From positions 130,246 to 194,245 of the forward strand of contig JBEKML010000001.1 of NCBI GenBank assembly GCA_050008535.1: DNA of 64,000 nucleotides. Reading direction: 5' to 3'. A program made the translations under genes and the position numbers. Every line of letters begins with the position of its first letter. Position 1 is the first letter of the stretch. The notes under the pieces were generated by a model. That model was not told where the DNA came from, did not search any database, and worked only from the letters and a program-made list of their open reading frames with translations. The stretch comes from Minisyncoccia bacterium. Lineage in GTDB: Bacteria > Patescibacteriota > Minisyncoccia > UBA6257 > 2-01-FULL-56-20. Below are positions 38,539 to 47,507 of the stretch, one piece after another.

Positions 38539-39047
38539 TTTTTTATATCTTTACTTTTCCCGATTGTTTCCAAAAGCAACGTTCTAAATTGTTTTTTTTT
38601 AAGCGAACTTGTTTTGGAAGACACCACAAGAAGAAAATCTTTTCCCGCCCCTGCGTCATGGACGGTCTGAAATACTGCTCTTGCTTGTCGTTTCAAAAAA
38701 TTTCTTTTCACTGCGTTTTTATTGGCAGCCGTTCCCACAACAATCCCTATTCTATTTCTCGCCTTGTGGTTTTCTTTTGTCTTTAATAAAAAATAGGGCG
38801 TCGCCACCGTCTGCCGCCAACCCGAACGGAATTCCTGACTTGGCAGCCGCGACGGTTTTAAAAGCATCACAAAAGAGTGTATTTCTCCCCGCTTCAGACG
38901 ACCAACCGGCGCCTTTTTTTTGTTCTTCGGCGCGCGAGCACTCGGCGGCCACCGGGCGAACGTTGCCTTTTTAGAAATCCATGCGTCCGTTTGCGTTTTT
39001 TCTTTTTGGGATTGTAGGTAAACGACATCTTGAGGATTGTAGCACAC
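38535..39047 (-). CDS. rnpA: Ribonuclease P protein component; long ORF whose 5' third overlaps rpmH out of frame
   Basis: The conserved RnpA segment [12 protein letters not shown]...[11 protein letters not shown]...[15 protein letters not shown] is present. The only in-frame ATG upstream of the conserved RLKR motif is at 39047. Alternative internal starts (GTG/ATG at 38870/38867) would remove that motif. The stop overlaps the yidC start. Confidence 0.75.
   Translation of the reverse strand: MCYNPQDVVYLQSQKEKTQTDAWISKKATFARWPPSARAPKNKKKAPVGRLKRGEIHSFVMLLKPSRLPSQEFRSGWRQTVATPYFLLKTKENHKARNRIGIVVGTAANKNAVKRNFLKRQARAVFQTVHDAGAGKDFLLVVSSKTSSLKKKQFRTLLLETIGKSKDIKK
38894..39028 (-). CDS. rpmH: 50S ribosomal protein L34
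   Basis: Hand translation gives [44 protein letters not shown] (44 aa), a good L34 match. This ORF is absent from the supplied track because it is under 60 aa. Confidence 0.85.
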   Translation of the reverse strand: MSFTYNPKKKKRKRTHGFLKRQRSPGGRRVLARRRTKKRRRLVV

Positions 39048-39091
39048 GAATTTGGAGTGTGCTAGTTTTTTATGTGTTGTTTATTAAGTGG

Positions 39092-39111
39092 TTATACACA
39101 TACCATCCACA
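39092..39111. promoter_or_regulatory. DnaA-box-like sequences (TTATACACA at 39092-39100 and cCATCCACA at 39103-39111) upstream of dnaA
   Basis: Compared by eye with the consensus TTATCCACA. They lie in the rpmH-dnaA intergenic region. Confidence 0.45.
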
Positions 39112-39175
39112 AATCATTTGATTTGACTCTTTGACGCGCCAGGCGTAAGAGTTAATAATAAACAGAACAACAATC

Positions 39176-40528
39176 ATGGATCTCGAAAAGCTTTGGCAAT
39201 CAACATTGGGGGAGATGGAGATCCAGCTCACAAAGGCTAATTTCTCGATGTGGCTGAAGGATAGCCGGCTTGTGGACAGAAAGGATGGCACGTTTTACGT
39301 TGCCTTGCCGAGTAATTTTGCGAAAACATGGATCGAAGATAAGTACTACAAGAATATTCTGGGAATTTTGCGGAATGCGGATAGTTCGGTTAAAAAAATC
39401 GAGTTTGTAATCAACCCCCAGGACGCGGTGCCCCAAAAGAATATTGCGGGAATAAAAGACTTTGGAAAAATTGATTCGGCGGAGCTTGAGTTCAGCGGCG
39501 TGGATCCAATAACCAATCTCAATCCGCACTACACCCTCTCCTCGTTTGTGGTGGGTTCCTCAAATGAGCTTGCCTTCGCGGCCGCAAAGGCAATCACCGA
39601 AGAAATCGGGAAGTACAACCCCTTCTTTGTGTATGGCGGCGTTGGATTGGGAAAGACACACCTTATACAGGCGGTGGGAAATGAGATTTTTTCAAAATAC
39701 CAAAAAAAAGTAAGGCCCAAATATGTTCCCTCGGAACAATTTACCCGCGAGGTGGTTTGGGGGCTGCGGAATGACCGCATAGAAAGTGTAAAAAAGAAAT
39801 ATCGGGATGTAGATGTGTTGATAATCGACGACATTCAATTCATTGGTGGAAAAGAAAAAACCGAGGAAGAGTTTTTCCACACTTTTAATGCGCTGTATGA
39901 AAATAACAAACAGATCATTATTTCCTCCGACCGACCACCACAATCACTTCCTACACTTGAAGAACGCCTGCGGTCGCGCTTTGAGGGTGGTTTTGTGGCT
40001 GATATCGGCTACCCGGAGTACGAGATGCGGGTAGCCATCATCCGCAACAAGCTTTCTTTGGCCCGGCGCGAGCTGAGCGAGGAGATAATTGACCTTCTTG
40101 CGCGGCGGCTCAGAAAGAACATCCGTGAGCTTGAGGGGGTGCTCAAAAAACTCCTTTTCCTACAGGAACAAAAACAAACCGAGCTTACTAAGGCGGCAGT
40201 GGAGGAGCTCATAGAGAAATCAACTAAAAATCTATCAAAGCGGGTGAATGATGCCCAGATATTGAAAGCGGTCGCTGAATTCTTTGGCGTTTCAATTGAG
40301 GACATCATAAGCCACAACAGGAGGAAGGAGGTTGTTGAGCCGCGCCAGATCGCAATGTACTTACTTCGGGAAATCTCCGAGCTTTCTTACCCATATATTG
40401 GGGAGAAGATGGGGAGGGACCACACCACCGCCATCCACTCATACGAGAAGATCAACCAGGAAATCAACAGAAGTCCCGCGTTTAACCAAAAGATATTAAC
40501 AATAAAAGATATCATTTATAAAAGCTAG
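39176..40528 (+). CDS. dnaA: Chromosomal replication initiator protein DnaA
   Basis: AAA+ domain with GGVGLGKTHL and a C-terminal DNA-binding domain (IAMYLLREISELSYPYIGEKMGRDHTT). Confidence 0.95.
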   Translation: MDLEKLWQSTLGEMEIQLTKANFSMWLKDSRLVDRKDGTFYVALPSNFAKTWIEDKYYKNILGILRNADSSVKKIEFVINPQDAVPQKNIAGIKDFGKIDSAELEFSGVDPITNLNPHYTLSSFVVGSSNELAFAAAKAITEEIGKYNPFFVYGGVGLGKTHLIQAVGNEIFSKYQKKVRPKYVPSEQFTREVVWGLRNDRIESVKKKYRDVDVLIIDDIQFIGGKEKTEEEFFHTFNALYENNKQIIISSDRPPQSLPTLEERLRSRFEGGFVADIGYPEYEMRVAIIRNKLSLARRELSEEIIDLLARRLRKNIRELEGVLKKLLFLQEQKQTELTKAAVEELIEKSTKNLSKRVNDAQILKAVAEFFGVSIEDIISHNRRKEVVEPRQIAMYLLREISELSYPYIGEKMGRDHTTAIHSYEKINQEINRSPAFNQKILTIKDIIYKS

Positions 40529-40545
40529 ATAAGGAAAAAACAACC

Positions 40546-40554
40546 ATATCCACA
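40546..40554. promoter_or_regulatory. DnaA box aTATCCACA followed by a ~55-nt AT-rich tract (candidate oriC/DNA-unwinding element) between dnaA and dnaN
   Basis: One mismatch to TTATCCACA. The tract at 40555-40612 is more than 80% A+T. Confidence 0.5.
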
Positions 40555-40612
40555 AATTAAATCTTTATTAATAACAACAATAAGATTTTAATAAACTATT
40601 AATACTACTCTT

Positions 40613-41725
40613 ATGAAATTTGTTGCGATCCGATCAAACATCAAAGAAGCTGTTTCAATCACCGAGCGGGTGATTGGGGAAAACCTCAACCTCCCCATTC
40701 TTAAAAATGTTCTTATTGAAACCGGGAATGAGGGAATTACTTTTACCACCACAAATCTTGAGCTCGCAATCACTTGTTTTGTTTCAGGAAAGGTGATTGA
40801 GGGTGGGAAAGTGACCGTCCCACTCCCGCTTTTTTCAAACCTTATCACCAACCTTCAAACCGACCGGTTAAATTTCAGCAAAAAAAACAACACCCTTGAG
40901 GTCAAAACGGATAATTATACGGCGATCCTCCAGGGGCTTCCCGCGGAGGATTTCCCCATAACCCCCAAAATAAAAAACCCAAACGAAAACCTGACCATAA
41001 AAAGCGCTCTTCTCAAAGAAGGGATCCAACAAACCATTGTAGCGTCGCAATTTTCCGACCTCCGTCCCGAGCTGAACGTCATCCTTTTTGATTTTTCCCT
41101 TGATACTCTCCGGCTGGTCGCAACGGACGGCTTCCGTCTTGCGGAGAAATCCATCCCGCAAAACTTTTTCACCTCAAATTATAAAGAACCATTCAAGGTT
41201 TTAATTCCTTTAAAAACCGCCCAAGAGGTCCTTCGGATGTCGAAAGACGAGGAGATGGTAAAGATCTTCCGCGACGAAAACCAAATTCTATTTAAAACCG
41301 AGCGTGCAGAACTTATTTCCCGCCTCACCGAAGGAAACTTCCCCGATTATTCACCGATCATTCCTAAAAAATTTACTACGGAAGTGATAGCGAACAAGGA
41401 AGAGTTTTCAAATGCAGTAAGGCTGGCCGGGATTTTTGGGCAGAAAAACAGCGAAGCAAAAATTATAGTGCGCCAAGATAAAAAAACAATGGAAGTAAGT
41501 TCGGCGGACCAGGTGCTTGGCGAGAACTCATACCTCCTACCCGCGAAGATCAAAGGGGAACCCATAGAGGCGTTCTTCAACTGGCGGTATCTCACCGACC
41601 CACTAAAAGCGATAAAAACAGAAGAGATATTCGTTGGCTTCCAGGAGGAGAACAACCCGGCGCTCCTCCGGCCCATGGGAGATAATTCGTACTTCTACAT
41701 TTTAAAACCCATCCTCAAGTCCTAG
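40613..41725 (+). CDS. dnaN: DNA polymerase III beta sliding clamp
   Basis: A 370-aa protein with three-domain clamp architecture and the conserved N-terminus MKFVAIRSNIKEAV. Confidence 0.9.
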   Translation: MKFVAIRSNIKEAVSITERVIGENLNLPILKNVLIETGNEGITFTTTNLELAITCFVSGKVIEGGKVTVPLPLFSNLITNLQTDRLNFSKKNNTLEVKTDNYTAILQGLPAEDFPITPKIKNPNENLTIKSALLKEGIQQTIVASQFSDLRPELNVILFDFSLDTLRLVATDGFRLAEKSIPQNFFTSNYKEPFKVLIPLKTAQEVLRMSKDEEMVKIFRDENQILFKTERAELISRLTEGNFPDYSPIIPKKFTTEVIANKEEFSNAVRLAGIFGQKNSEAKIIVRQDKKTMEVSSADQVLGENSYLLPAKIKGEPIEAFFNWRYLTDPLKAIKTEEIFVGFQEENNPALLRPMGDNSYFYILKPILKS

Positions 41726-44184
41726 TGATAGACAACAACACTGCTTACCCCTGCGTTTCCTGATGCGCCGGAGGCTTGTATTTCAAGAAGGTTTTGTCCA
41801 TTGATCGACCGCGGGGAGAACGACCAGGAAAAAACATAATTCGTTCCAAAAGACCCGGAGAAATCCTGCGCTACAATACCATTCCAACGCACGGTTATTT
41901 TGGTCATCGGCTCTATAGCGGTTAACTTCGCGGATATATTCACGACGCCCGTTATAAAATAACCCGGCGAAGGATTGTTGATGGTGATCTGTGGGGGATT
42001 ATAAGAAAGAGGCATCTGCGGCGCAGACACGGAGACGGGCTGGTTGTAGTCTTTAAAATTCGCCATATTCTCCGAAGCCCAGGCCAAAAGATCGGTTTCC
42101 CAATTGTGAAATTGCGAATCGGCATCGGGGTTTGTGGGCGGCGGGCCGTCCGGATTATTTTTATCCACATAATAGAGGATGGTATGGAGCTGGTTGTTGT
42201 AAAGATAGTTGCCGGCGAGGATCGGCTTCGTCGGGTTTGTGGGATCCGGTCGCGCGAATGTTCCGGTCGGTTGGTTTGTAAGCGCCTGTTGCATGAACGC
42301 ATGCCAGGTCGGGATCGCCGCAAGGATGCTTGAGCCGTTTCGCTGCATGGCGGTGTCGTCATTATTTCCCGCCCAGACGCCAACCACAAAAGAGGGCGTG
42401 TAACCAATCGCCCATGCGTCTTTATAGTCATTTGAAGTTCCTGTTTTAAGCGCCACATCGTACCCCGGGAAAACGGTAAGGTTTAAGCTGTTCTGGAAAA
42501 GCCCACTCCGGGCATTCGTATCTGAGAGAATGTTATTAACAAGACGGACGGACTGCGGGTCGGCGACTTGCACTGATTGGTCGGTATAGGATTCAAGGGT
42601 GTTGCCGTTAGAATCTTTCACTTGAAGGATTATGGCCTGGCTATGTTTTACTCCATCCTGAGAAAGCGTCGAATACGCCTCCACGAGGTCGGCAAGCCGC
42701 ACGGCGCCGCCGCCGAGGACGAGCGAGAGGCCGTAGGTATCGGGGCTTGTGAGCGTGGTAAGCCCGAAATTATAAGCATTCTCGACGGCGTTTTTAATGC
42801 CGACAAGATAAAGCGTTTCCACGGCGGGGACGTTGACTGATTGCGCAAGCGCGTTTCGCATCGACATCGGCCCCTGAAACCCCTCTTCAAAATCCTGGGG
42901 GTGGAAGCATTGCTGGTTATTGTTATTGAAATCGGGGATGGCCGGACAGGATGGATACGTACTGAACTCCGTAGGGACGTCAAAGAGCGTCGTGTCGGGC
43001 GTATATCCTTTTTGGAACGCGGTGAGGTATACAAATGGTTTAAGCGCCGATCCCGGTTGCCGGAGCCCTTGGGTGGCGACGTTGAAGTTCGGTTCGAATT
43101 TACAATTTAATCCGGGCGTACAGCCGACGGGAAGCGACGAGGTTGCGAAATAATCCCGCGAACCCACCATGGCGAGCACCTGCCCGGTTTTGGGATCCTG
43201 CGCCACAAGTGCCGCGTTATAACCCTGATAAAGTTTCTGGTTTTGTGCAGCACCTTGTTCCACCGCCGCCTCCGCTTCTTGCTGCAGGTTCCAATCGAGC
43301 GTTGTGATCACCCTAAGGCCGCCGCGGTTGGCCAGGTTTTCGCCGTATTTTTGAACAAGATAATCTTGCACCGCCATCACGAAATGCGGCGCTTTGATGG
43401 TGCCCGTCGACTGCGGCTGGAATATTATTTTATATGCCAACGCCTCATTCAGTTGATTTTTTGTGATCTTCCCCAGCGCATACATCTTTTGGAGCACGAG
43501 CCTTTGCCGTTTAAGAAGATCGTTCACGTGGCCGCCCCAGGGAGAATAGTAGGTTGGTGCCTGGGGAACTGCGGCAAGGAGCGCACTTTGTGCAAGGTTG
43601 AGGCTCTGGACGGGTTTATCAAAATACGCCTCGCTTGCCTCCTCAACGCCCGCGATCGTTGATCCATAAGAAACCTCATTAAGATAAAGACCGAGTATTT
43701 CGTTCTTGGAATAATATTCATTGAGCCTGATCGCAAGGATAAGCTCTTTTATCTTTCGCGAGACGGTTTGGTTGAGCGTGAGGAATGCGGTCCGCGCGAG
43801 TTGCTGGGTGATGGTGGACCCGCCCTGCGCGAGCGATCCGGAGGTGACGTCCACATAAAGCGCCCGCAGGATCCCTTTCCAGTCGAACGCCGGTTCGTTA
43901 TAAAAATTTTCATCTTCAATCGAAACCGTTGCATCTTTCAGGGCTTGCGGGATTTGATCAAAGGGGACCACTGTCCTCCGCTCGCCGGAACTGATCTCAT
44001 AAAGAAGGACGGTCCCCGTGCGGTCATAGATCTTTGTGGACTGGCTGATTTGTTGGTTCGATATTTCCTCGATGGAAGGGAGTGTTTTTATGAAAAAGAG
44101 GATGATAAGGAAAAAGACGATAAATCCCGCCGCCACCGCGATGCCAAAAATCTGGAACGATCGCACTATGCTTCTTTTTCGCAT
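41722..44184 (-). CDS. Bifunctional class A penicillin-binding protein (glycosyltransferase + transpeptidase, PBP1A-like)
   Basis: N-terminal TM helix, the GT51 motif QGGSTITQQLAR, the transpeptidase motifs SALKPF (SxxK) and KTGTSND (KTG), and a C-terminal extension. Confidence 0.9.
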   Translation of the reverse strand: MRKRSIVRSFQIFGIAVAAGFIVFFLIILFFIKTLPSIEEISNQQISQSTKIYDRTGTVLLYEISSGERRTVVPFDQIPQALKDATVSIEDENFYNEPAFDWKGILRALYVDVTSGSLAQGGSTITQQLARTAFLTLNQTVSRKIKELILAIRLNEYYSKNEILGLYLNEVSYGSTIAGVEEASEAYFDKPVQSLNLAQSALLAAVPQAPTYYSPWGGHVNDLLKRQRLVLQKMYALGKITKNQLNEALAYKIIFQPQSTGTIKAPHFVMAVQDYLVQKYGENLANRGGLRVITTLDWNLQQEAEAAVEQGAAQNQKLYQGYNAALVAQDPKTGQVLAMVGSRDYFATSSLPVGCTPGLNCKFEPNFNVATQGLRQPGSALKPFVYLTAFQKGYTPDTTLFDVPTEFSTYPSCPAIPDFNNNNQQCFHPQDFEEGFQGPMSMRNALAQSVNVPAVETLYLVGIKNAVENAYNFGLTTLTSPDTYGLSLVLGGGAVRLADLVEAYSTLSQDGVKHSQAIILQVKDSNGNTLESYTDQSVQVADPQSVRLVNNILSDTNARSGLFQNSLNLTVFPGYDVALKTGTSNDYKDAWAIGYTPSFVVGVWAGNNDDTAMQRNGSSILAAIPTWHAFMQQALTNQPTGTFARPDPTNPTKPILAGNYLYNNQLHTILYYVDKNNPDGPPPTNPDADSQFHNWETDLLAWASENMANFKDYNQPVSVSAPQMPLSYNPPQITINNPSPGYFITGVVNISAKLTAIEPMTKITVRWNGIVAQDFSGSFGTNYVFSWSFSPRSINGQNLLEIQASGASGNAGVSSVVVYH

Positions 44185-44203
44185 GTTCCCTTATTATCAA
44201 ATA

Positions 44204-44256
44204 AAAACAGCCCTCTCCGCAACGGCGTGCACCAGCGCACGGCGGGGGCTGTTTTT
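44204..44256 (-). terminator. Long hairpin (aaaaacagccc...gggctgttttt, nested inner stem) acting as a minus-strand terminator immediately upstream of the PBP1A start
   Basis: An 11-bp outer stem with the T-run built in. A GATAAT box lies between the hairpin and the PBP ATG at 44184. Confidence 0.5.
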
Positions 44257-44260
44257 CCCA

Positions 44261-44443
44261 CTATTCGGCGCCGAGATCCTCGCCGTCCTCGTCGGCCGCC
44301 TCTTCTTTTTCTTTCGTCACCCCGTCTACGTCGTCCTCTTCGTCATCCTCAAGGTCCTTTTCATCCCCAACACCCAATCCTTTGTCGTCTTCGTCGCTTA
44401 ACGGCACGAACGCGAGGTTTAAAATTTTTAGCTCACTTACCAT
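44261..44443 (-). CDS. Small highly acidic protein (hypothetical)
   Basis: A 60-aa ORF with about 45% Asp/Glu. It sits between ruvC and the terminator hairpin. Coding status is uncertain. Confidence 0.3.
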   Translation of the reverse strand: MVSELKILNLAFVPLSDEDDKGLGVGDEKDLEDDEEDDVDGVTKEKEEAADEDGEDLGAE

Positions 44444-44510
44444 TGATGCCGAGATAATTCACGACCTTTCTTTTTTATTTCCAATTAGTATAGGGGAGCA
44501 CGTCACCGTG

Positions 44511-45002
44511 TCAATCCCCAGAAATCCTCTGGCCGCCCAGCGCCATAATAGCAAGCGCCAAAGCATCACTTGCGTCGTCAATTACGGTAAGGTCGTGCTT
44601 CCCAAGAATGAGGCGGACCATCTTGAGGACCGCTTTTTTGTCCGCAAAACCATAACCCGTTACGCCGAGCTTCACCTCGTTCGGCGCATATTCCCTTATG
44701 GGGATGCCTGCTTCCTGCGCCGCAAGCAGGATCACGCCGCGCGCCTGCGCCACGGCAATGGCCGTCTTTTGATTTTTGGCAAAATAAAGCTTTTCAACTC
44801 CGAGGATCTCCGGTTTGTATTTTTTAACAAGCTTGCCTATTTCCTCTTTTGTCTCGCAGAGCGCCGAGGCGTCGTCCACGCTTTTTATTTTGAGGATCCC
44901 TGCGGTTACAAAAACAAGGCCGCCCTTTTCATCGCGGACGACGCCGTAACCGATCCGCCGTGTCCCCGGATCGATGCCCAGGGCGGTCACGCTATTCCGC
45001 AT
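44511..45002 (-). CDS. ruvC: Crossover junction endodeoxyribonuclease RuvC
   Basis: ALGIDPGTRRIGYGV catalytic N-terminus and the C-terminal DDASDALALAI acidic motif. The start is placed at MRNSVTALGIDPG. Confidence 0.85.
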   Translation of the reverse strand: MRNSVTALGIDPGTRRIGYGVVRDEKGGLVFVTAGILKIKSVDDASALCETKEEIGKLVKKYKPEILGVEKLYFAKNQKTAIAVAQARGVILLAAQEAGIPIREYAPNEVKLGVTGYGFADKKAVLKMVRLILGKHDLTVIDDASDALALAIMALGGQRISGD

Positions 45003-45531
45003 TGGTGAACACTTTTTGGATATCATCGCCGTCTTCAATGGCTGCGACGAGCGCAGCAAGTTTTTTCGCATCTTCTTCGGGCAATATCTGGGGAAATTTT
45101 GCTTTCCACGATCGCTCGGCCCCGTCCATCACTGGCTCGAATGCCCAACGGACGCTCCCTGCCTCTGCCCATTTTCCGCCGAGTTCCTTTAGTGTTAATT
45201 TTACTTCCTGGATAGTTCTGTTCCGATTATCGCTGATCGCCTCGATTATGATCGCGGCACCCCCGGGTCCGTACGCTTCAAACGTAAGCTCCTCAAGATC
45301 TCCGCCGGATTCGGAAGCCCGTTTCACCGCGCGTTCAATGTTTTCTTGCGGCACGCTTTCTTCTTTCGCCTTCATGATCGCCGTCCGGAGCCGGGGGTTG
45401 AAGTCGGGATTCGGCTCCGATTTCGCCGCAGCGGAAATCGCCACCAAAAGCCTCGAAAAAACCTTCCCGCGCTTTTGGTCGGTGATTTCCTTTTTGTGTT
45501 TTATTCCTGCCCAATGCGAGTGACCCGACAT
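44992..45531 (-). CDS. YebC/PmpR-family transcriptional regulator (short form)
   Basis: MSGHSHWAGIKHKKEITDQKRGKVF N-terminus. It lies upstream of ruvC as usual. Confidence 0.8.
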   Translation of the reverse strand: MSGHSHWAGIKHKKEITDQKRGKVFSRLLVAISAAAKSEPNPDFNPRLRTAIMKAKEESVPQENIERAVKRASESGGDLEELTFEAYGPGGAAIIIEAISDNRNRTIQEVKLTLKELGGKWAEAGSVRWAFEPVMDGAERSWKAKFPQILPEEDAKKLAALVAAIEDGDDIQKVFTNAE

Positions 45532-45557
45532 TTCGCTTAGATTATACCACCTTCTTA

Positions 45558-47273
45558 TTGCCTATTTTTACGATGAGTTCTAGAATCAATGCAATGGCCG
45601 ACTTAGAGACCGACGACCTTAAGGCGAAACTCGCGAAACTTCACAGGGAGGGAGAGGAACGCGCCGCGGAGCGGTTGGCAGAGCGGCTCCATCTCCCTTA
45701 TACGGATCTTTCCAAGAAGCCGGTTTCTCTTGATGCGGTGCGGGTTATCCCCGAGGATAGGGCACGCAATGCGAAGGCGGCAAGCATTGAGTCGCGGGCA
45801 AAAAAGATCGCCGTAGCGATGGCAAATCCGGAGCTCCCTGCCGCGAAAGAGCTCATTCAGTGGCTAGAAAGCGGACACTACGAGGTGAAGGTGTTCGTTG
45901 TTTCTTTATCAAGCTTGGAGGCGGCGTGGCACTTCTATAAATTCGTGAAGCCGGAAACGGAGCGGATCACCGGAAAGGTAAGCATCACAAAAGAACGGAT
46001 AGAAGAATTAAGGACGCACCTTATAAGCCTCGATGCCATCCGAAAAGAATTTGAAGGCCTGGATTTCGCGAAAGTATCTCCAGTGACGATGATCGAGATC
46101 ATGCTTGGGGGGGCGCTTGCGATGCGTGCCTCCGACATCCACACCGAGGCGGAGGAAAAAACGGCGAAGATACGCTTCCGCGTCGACGGGCTGCTGCATG
46201 ACGTGATTGATAATGTCCCCCCCCGCGTTTACCAAGCACTTGTTTCACGCATCAAGCTCTTGTCGGAGATGAAGCTCAATGTGCATGACGAGGCGCAGGA
46301 TGGCCGGTTCACTATCGGCCTCGCGGATAAAGAAATTGAAATGCGCGTATCCGTCATTCCCGCAGAGTTCGGCGAGACGATCGTGATGCGGGTGCTTGAT
46401 CCCTCCGCGACGAGAGTGGGGCTCCCCGACCTCGGCCTCCGCGAGGATAACCTTGTGATCGTAAAAAAACAACTTGAGCGTCCAAACGGGCTCATTTTGA
46501 ATACTGGCCCGACCGGCTCCGGGAAAACCACGACGCTTTATGCGTTTCTCCGCACCCTTAACAGCCCCGAAATAAAGATCATTACTCTCGAAGACCCTAT
46601 TGAGTACCGTATTGTGGGCATCGAGCAGACGCAGGTGGATGAGGAGTCGGGTTATACCTTTGCAAGCGGCCTCCGCGCCATTGTCCGGCAGGACCCGGAC
46701 GTGATCCTGGTGGGCGAGGTGCGCGACCTTGAAACCGCAGACATCGCCATGCAGGCGGCCCTGACCGGCCACCTTGTGCTCTCCACGCTCCACACAAACG
46801 ACGCCGTAGGCGCCGTGCCCCGCCTTATCAACCTTGGCGTGAAGGCGGTGAGTATCGGGCCGGCGCTTGCGCTCGTGATCGCCCAGCGTCTTGTGCGCGT
46901 ACTTTGCCCGGATTGCAAAAAACAGACACAACCAGATGATGCGCTTAAGGCAAAGATCAAAAAATTCCTTGACCGGCTGCCAGCGAAGGTGAATAGATCA
47001 AATTATGCAAATTTCAAGATCTATGAGCCGGCGGGCTGTACAAAATGCAACAATATCGGTTATAAAGGTCGCGTAGGGGTCTTTGAATTTTTAGAAGGCG
47101 GGCCGGACCTCGAGCAGACGATCCTTAAAGAGGCGTCCGAGATCGCGCTCCGCGAAGTGGCGAAGCGTCAGGGGATGGTCACCATGCAAGAAGACGGGAT
47201 CTTAAAGGTCCTTGAGGGGAAGACGACGTTTGGCGAAGTGGAGAATATAACCGGGGTGATCGAGTGGCCGTAG
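45558..47273 (+). CDS. pilB: Type IV pilus assembly / type II secretion family ATPase (PilB/GspE)
   Basis: Walker A GPTGSGKTT, Asp and His boxes, and a C-terminal tetracysteine motif (CPDCKK...CTKCNNIGYKGRVG). Confidence 0.85.
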   Translation: MPIFTMSSRINAMADLETDDLKAKLAKLHREGEERAAERLAERLHLPYTDLSKKPVSLDAVRVIPEDRARNAKAASIESRAKKIAVAMANPELPAAKELIQWLESGHYEVKVFVVSLSSLEAAWHFYKFVKPETERITGKVSITKERIEELRTHLISLDAIRKEFEGLDFAKVSPVTMIEIMLGGALAMRASDIHTEAEEKTAKIRFRVDGLLHDVIDNVPPRVYQALVSRIKLLSEMKLNVHDEAQDGRFTIGLADKEIEMRVSVIPAEFGETIVMRVLDPSATRVGLPDLGLREDNLVIVKKQLERPNGLILNTGPTGSGKTTTLYAFLRTLNSPEIKIITLEDPIEYRIVGIEQTQVDEESGYTFASGLRAIVRQDPDVILVGEVRDLETADIAMQAALTGHLVLSTLHTNDAVGAVPRLINLGVKAVSIGPALALVIAQRLVRVLCPDCKKQTQPDDALKAKIKKFLDRLPAKVNRSNYANFKIYEPAGCTKCNNIGYKGRVGVFEFLEGGPDLEQTILKEASEIALREVAKRQGMVTMQEDGILKVLEGKTTFGEVENITGVIEWP

Positions 47274-47507
47274 CTGGCTCAAACCTGGGGGCAAATTCCT
47301 CGCGAAAGGAAGTTAAACCCTTTTATCAAAAGATAGAAGGGACTAGAATTACTCAAAGGAGAGAACCAGCCGGAACCGGTTCATCCTGAAAAATTTAGAA
47401 ATAATTCCCGCCCCCAGATTTGAATCAACTACCGACAATGGTAATGTTAGCATATAATAACGGCCTTGTCAAGGGGGTGGGGAAAGAGTCCCTTTTGTAG
47501 GGTTACT

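Noticed and set aside
47274-47507. Structured non-coding RNA in the 234-nt pilB-ruvB spacer
   Set aside because: There are a few short hairpins (ccggaaccgg, ttcct/aggaa) but no recognisable conserved RNA architecture such as 6S, SRP or tmRNA. It is probably a promoter region.
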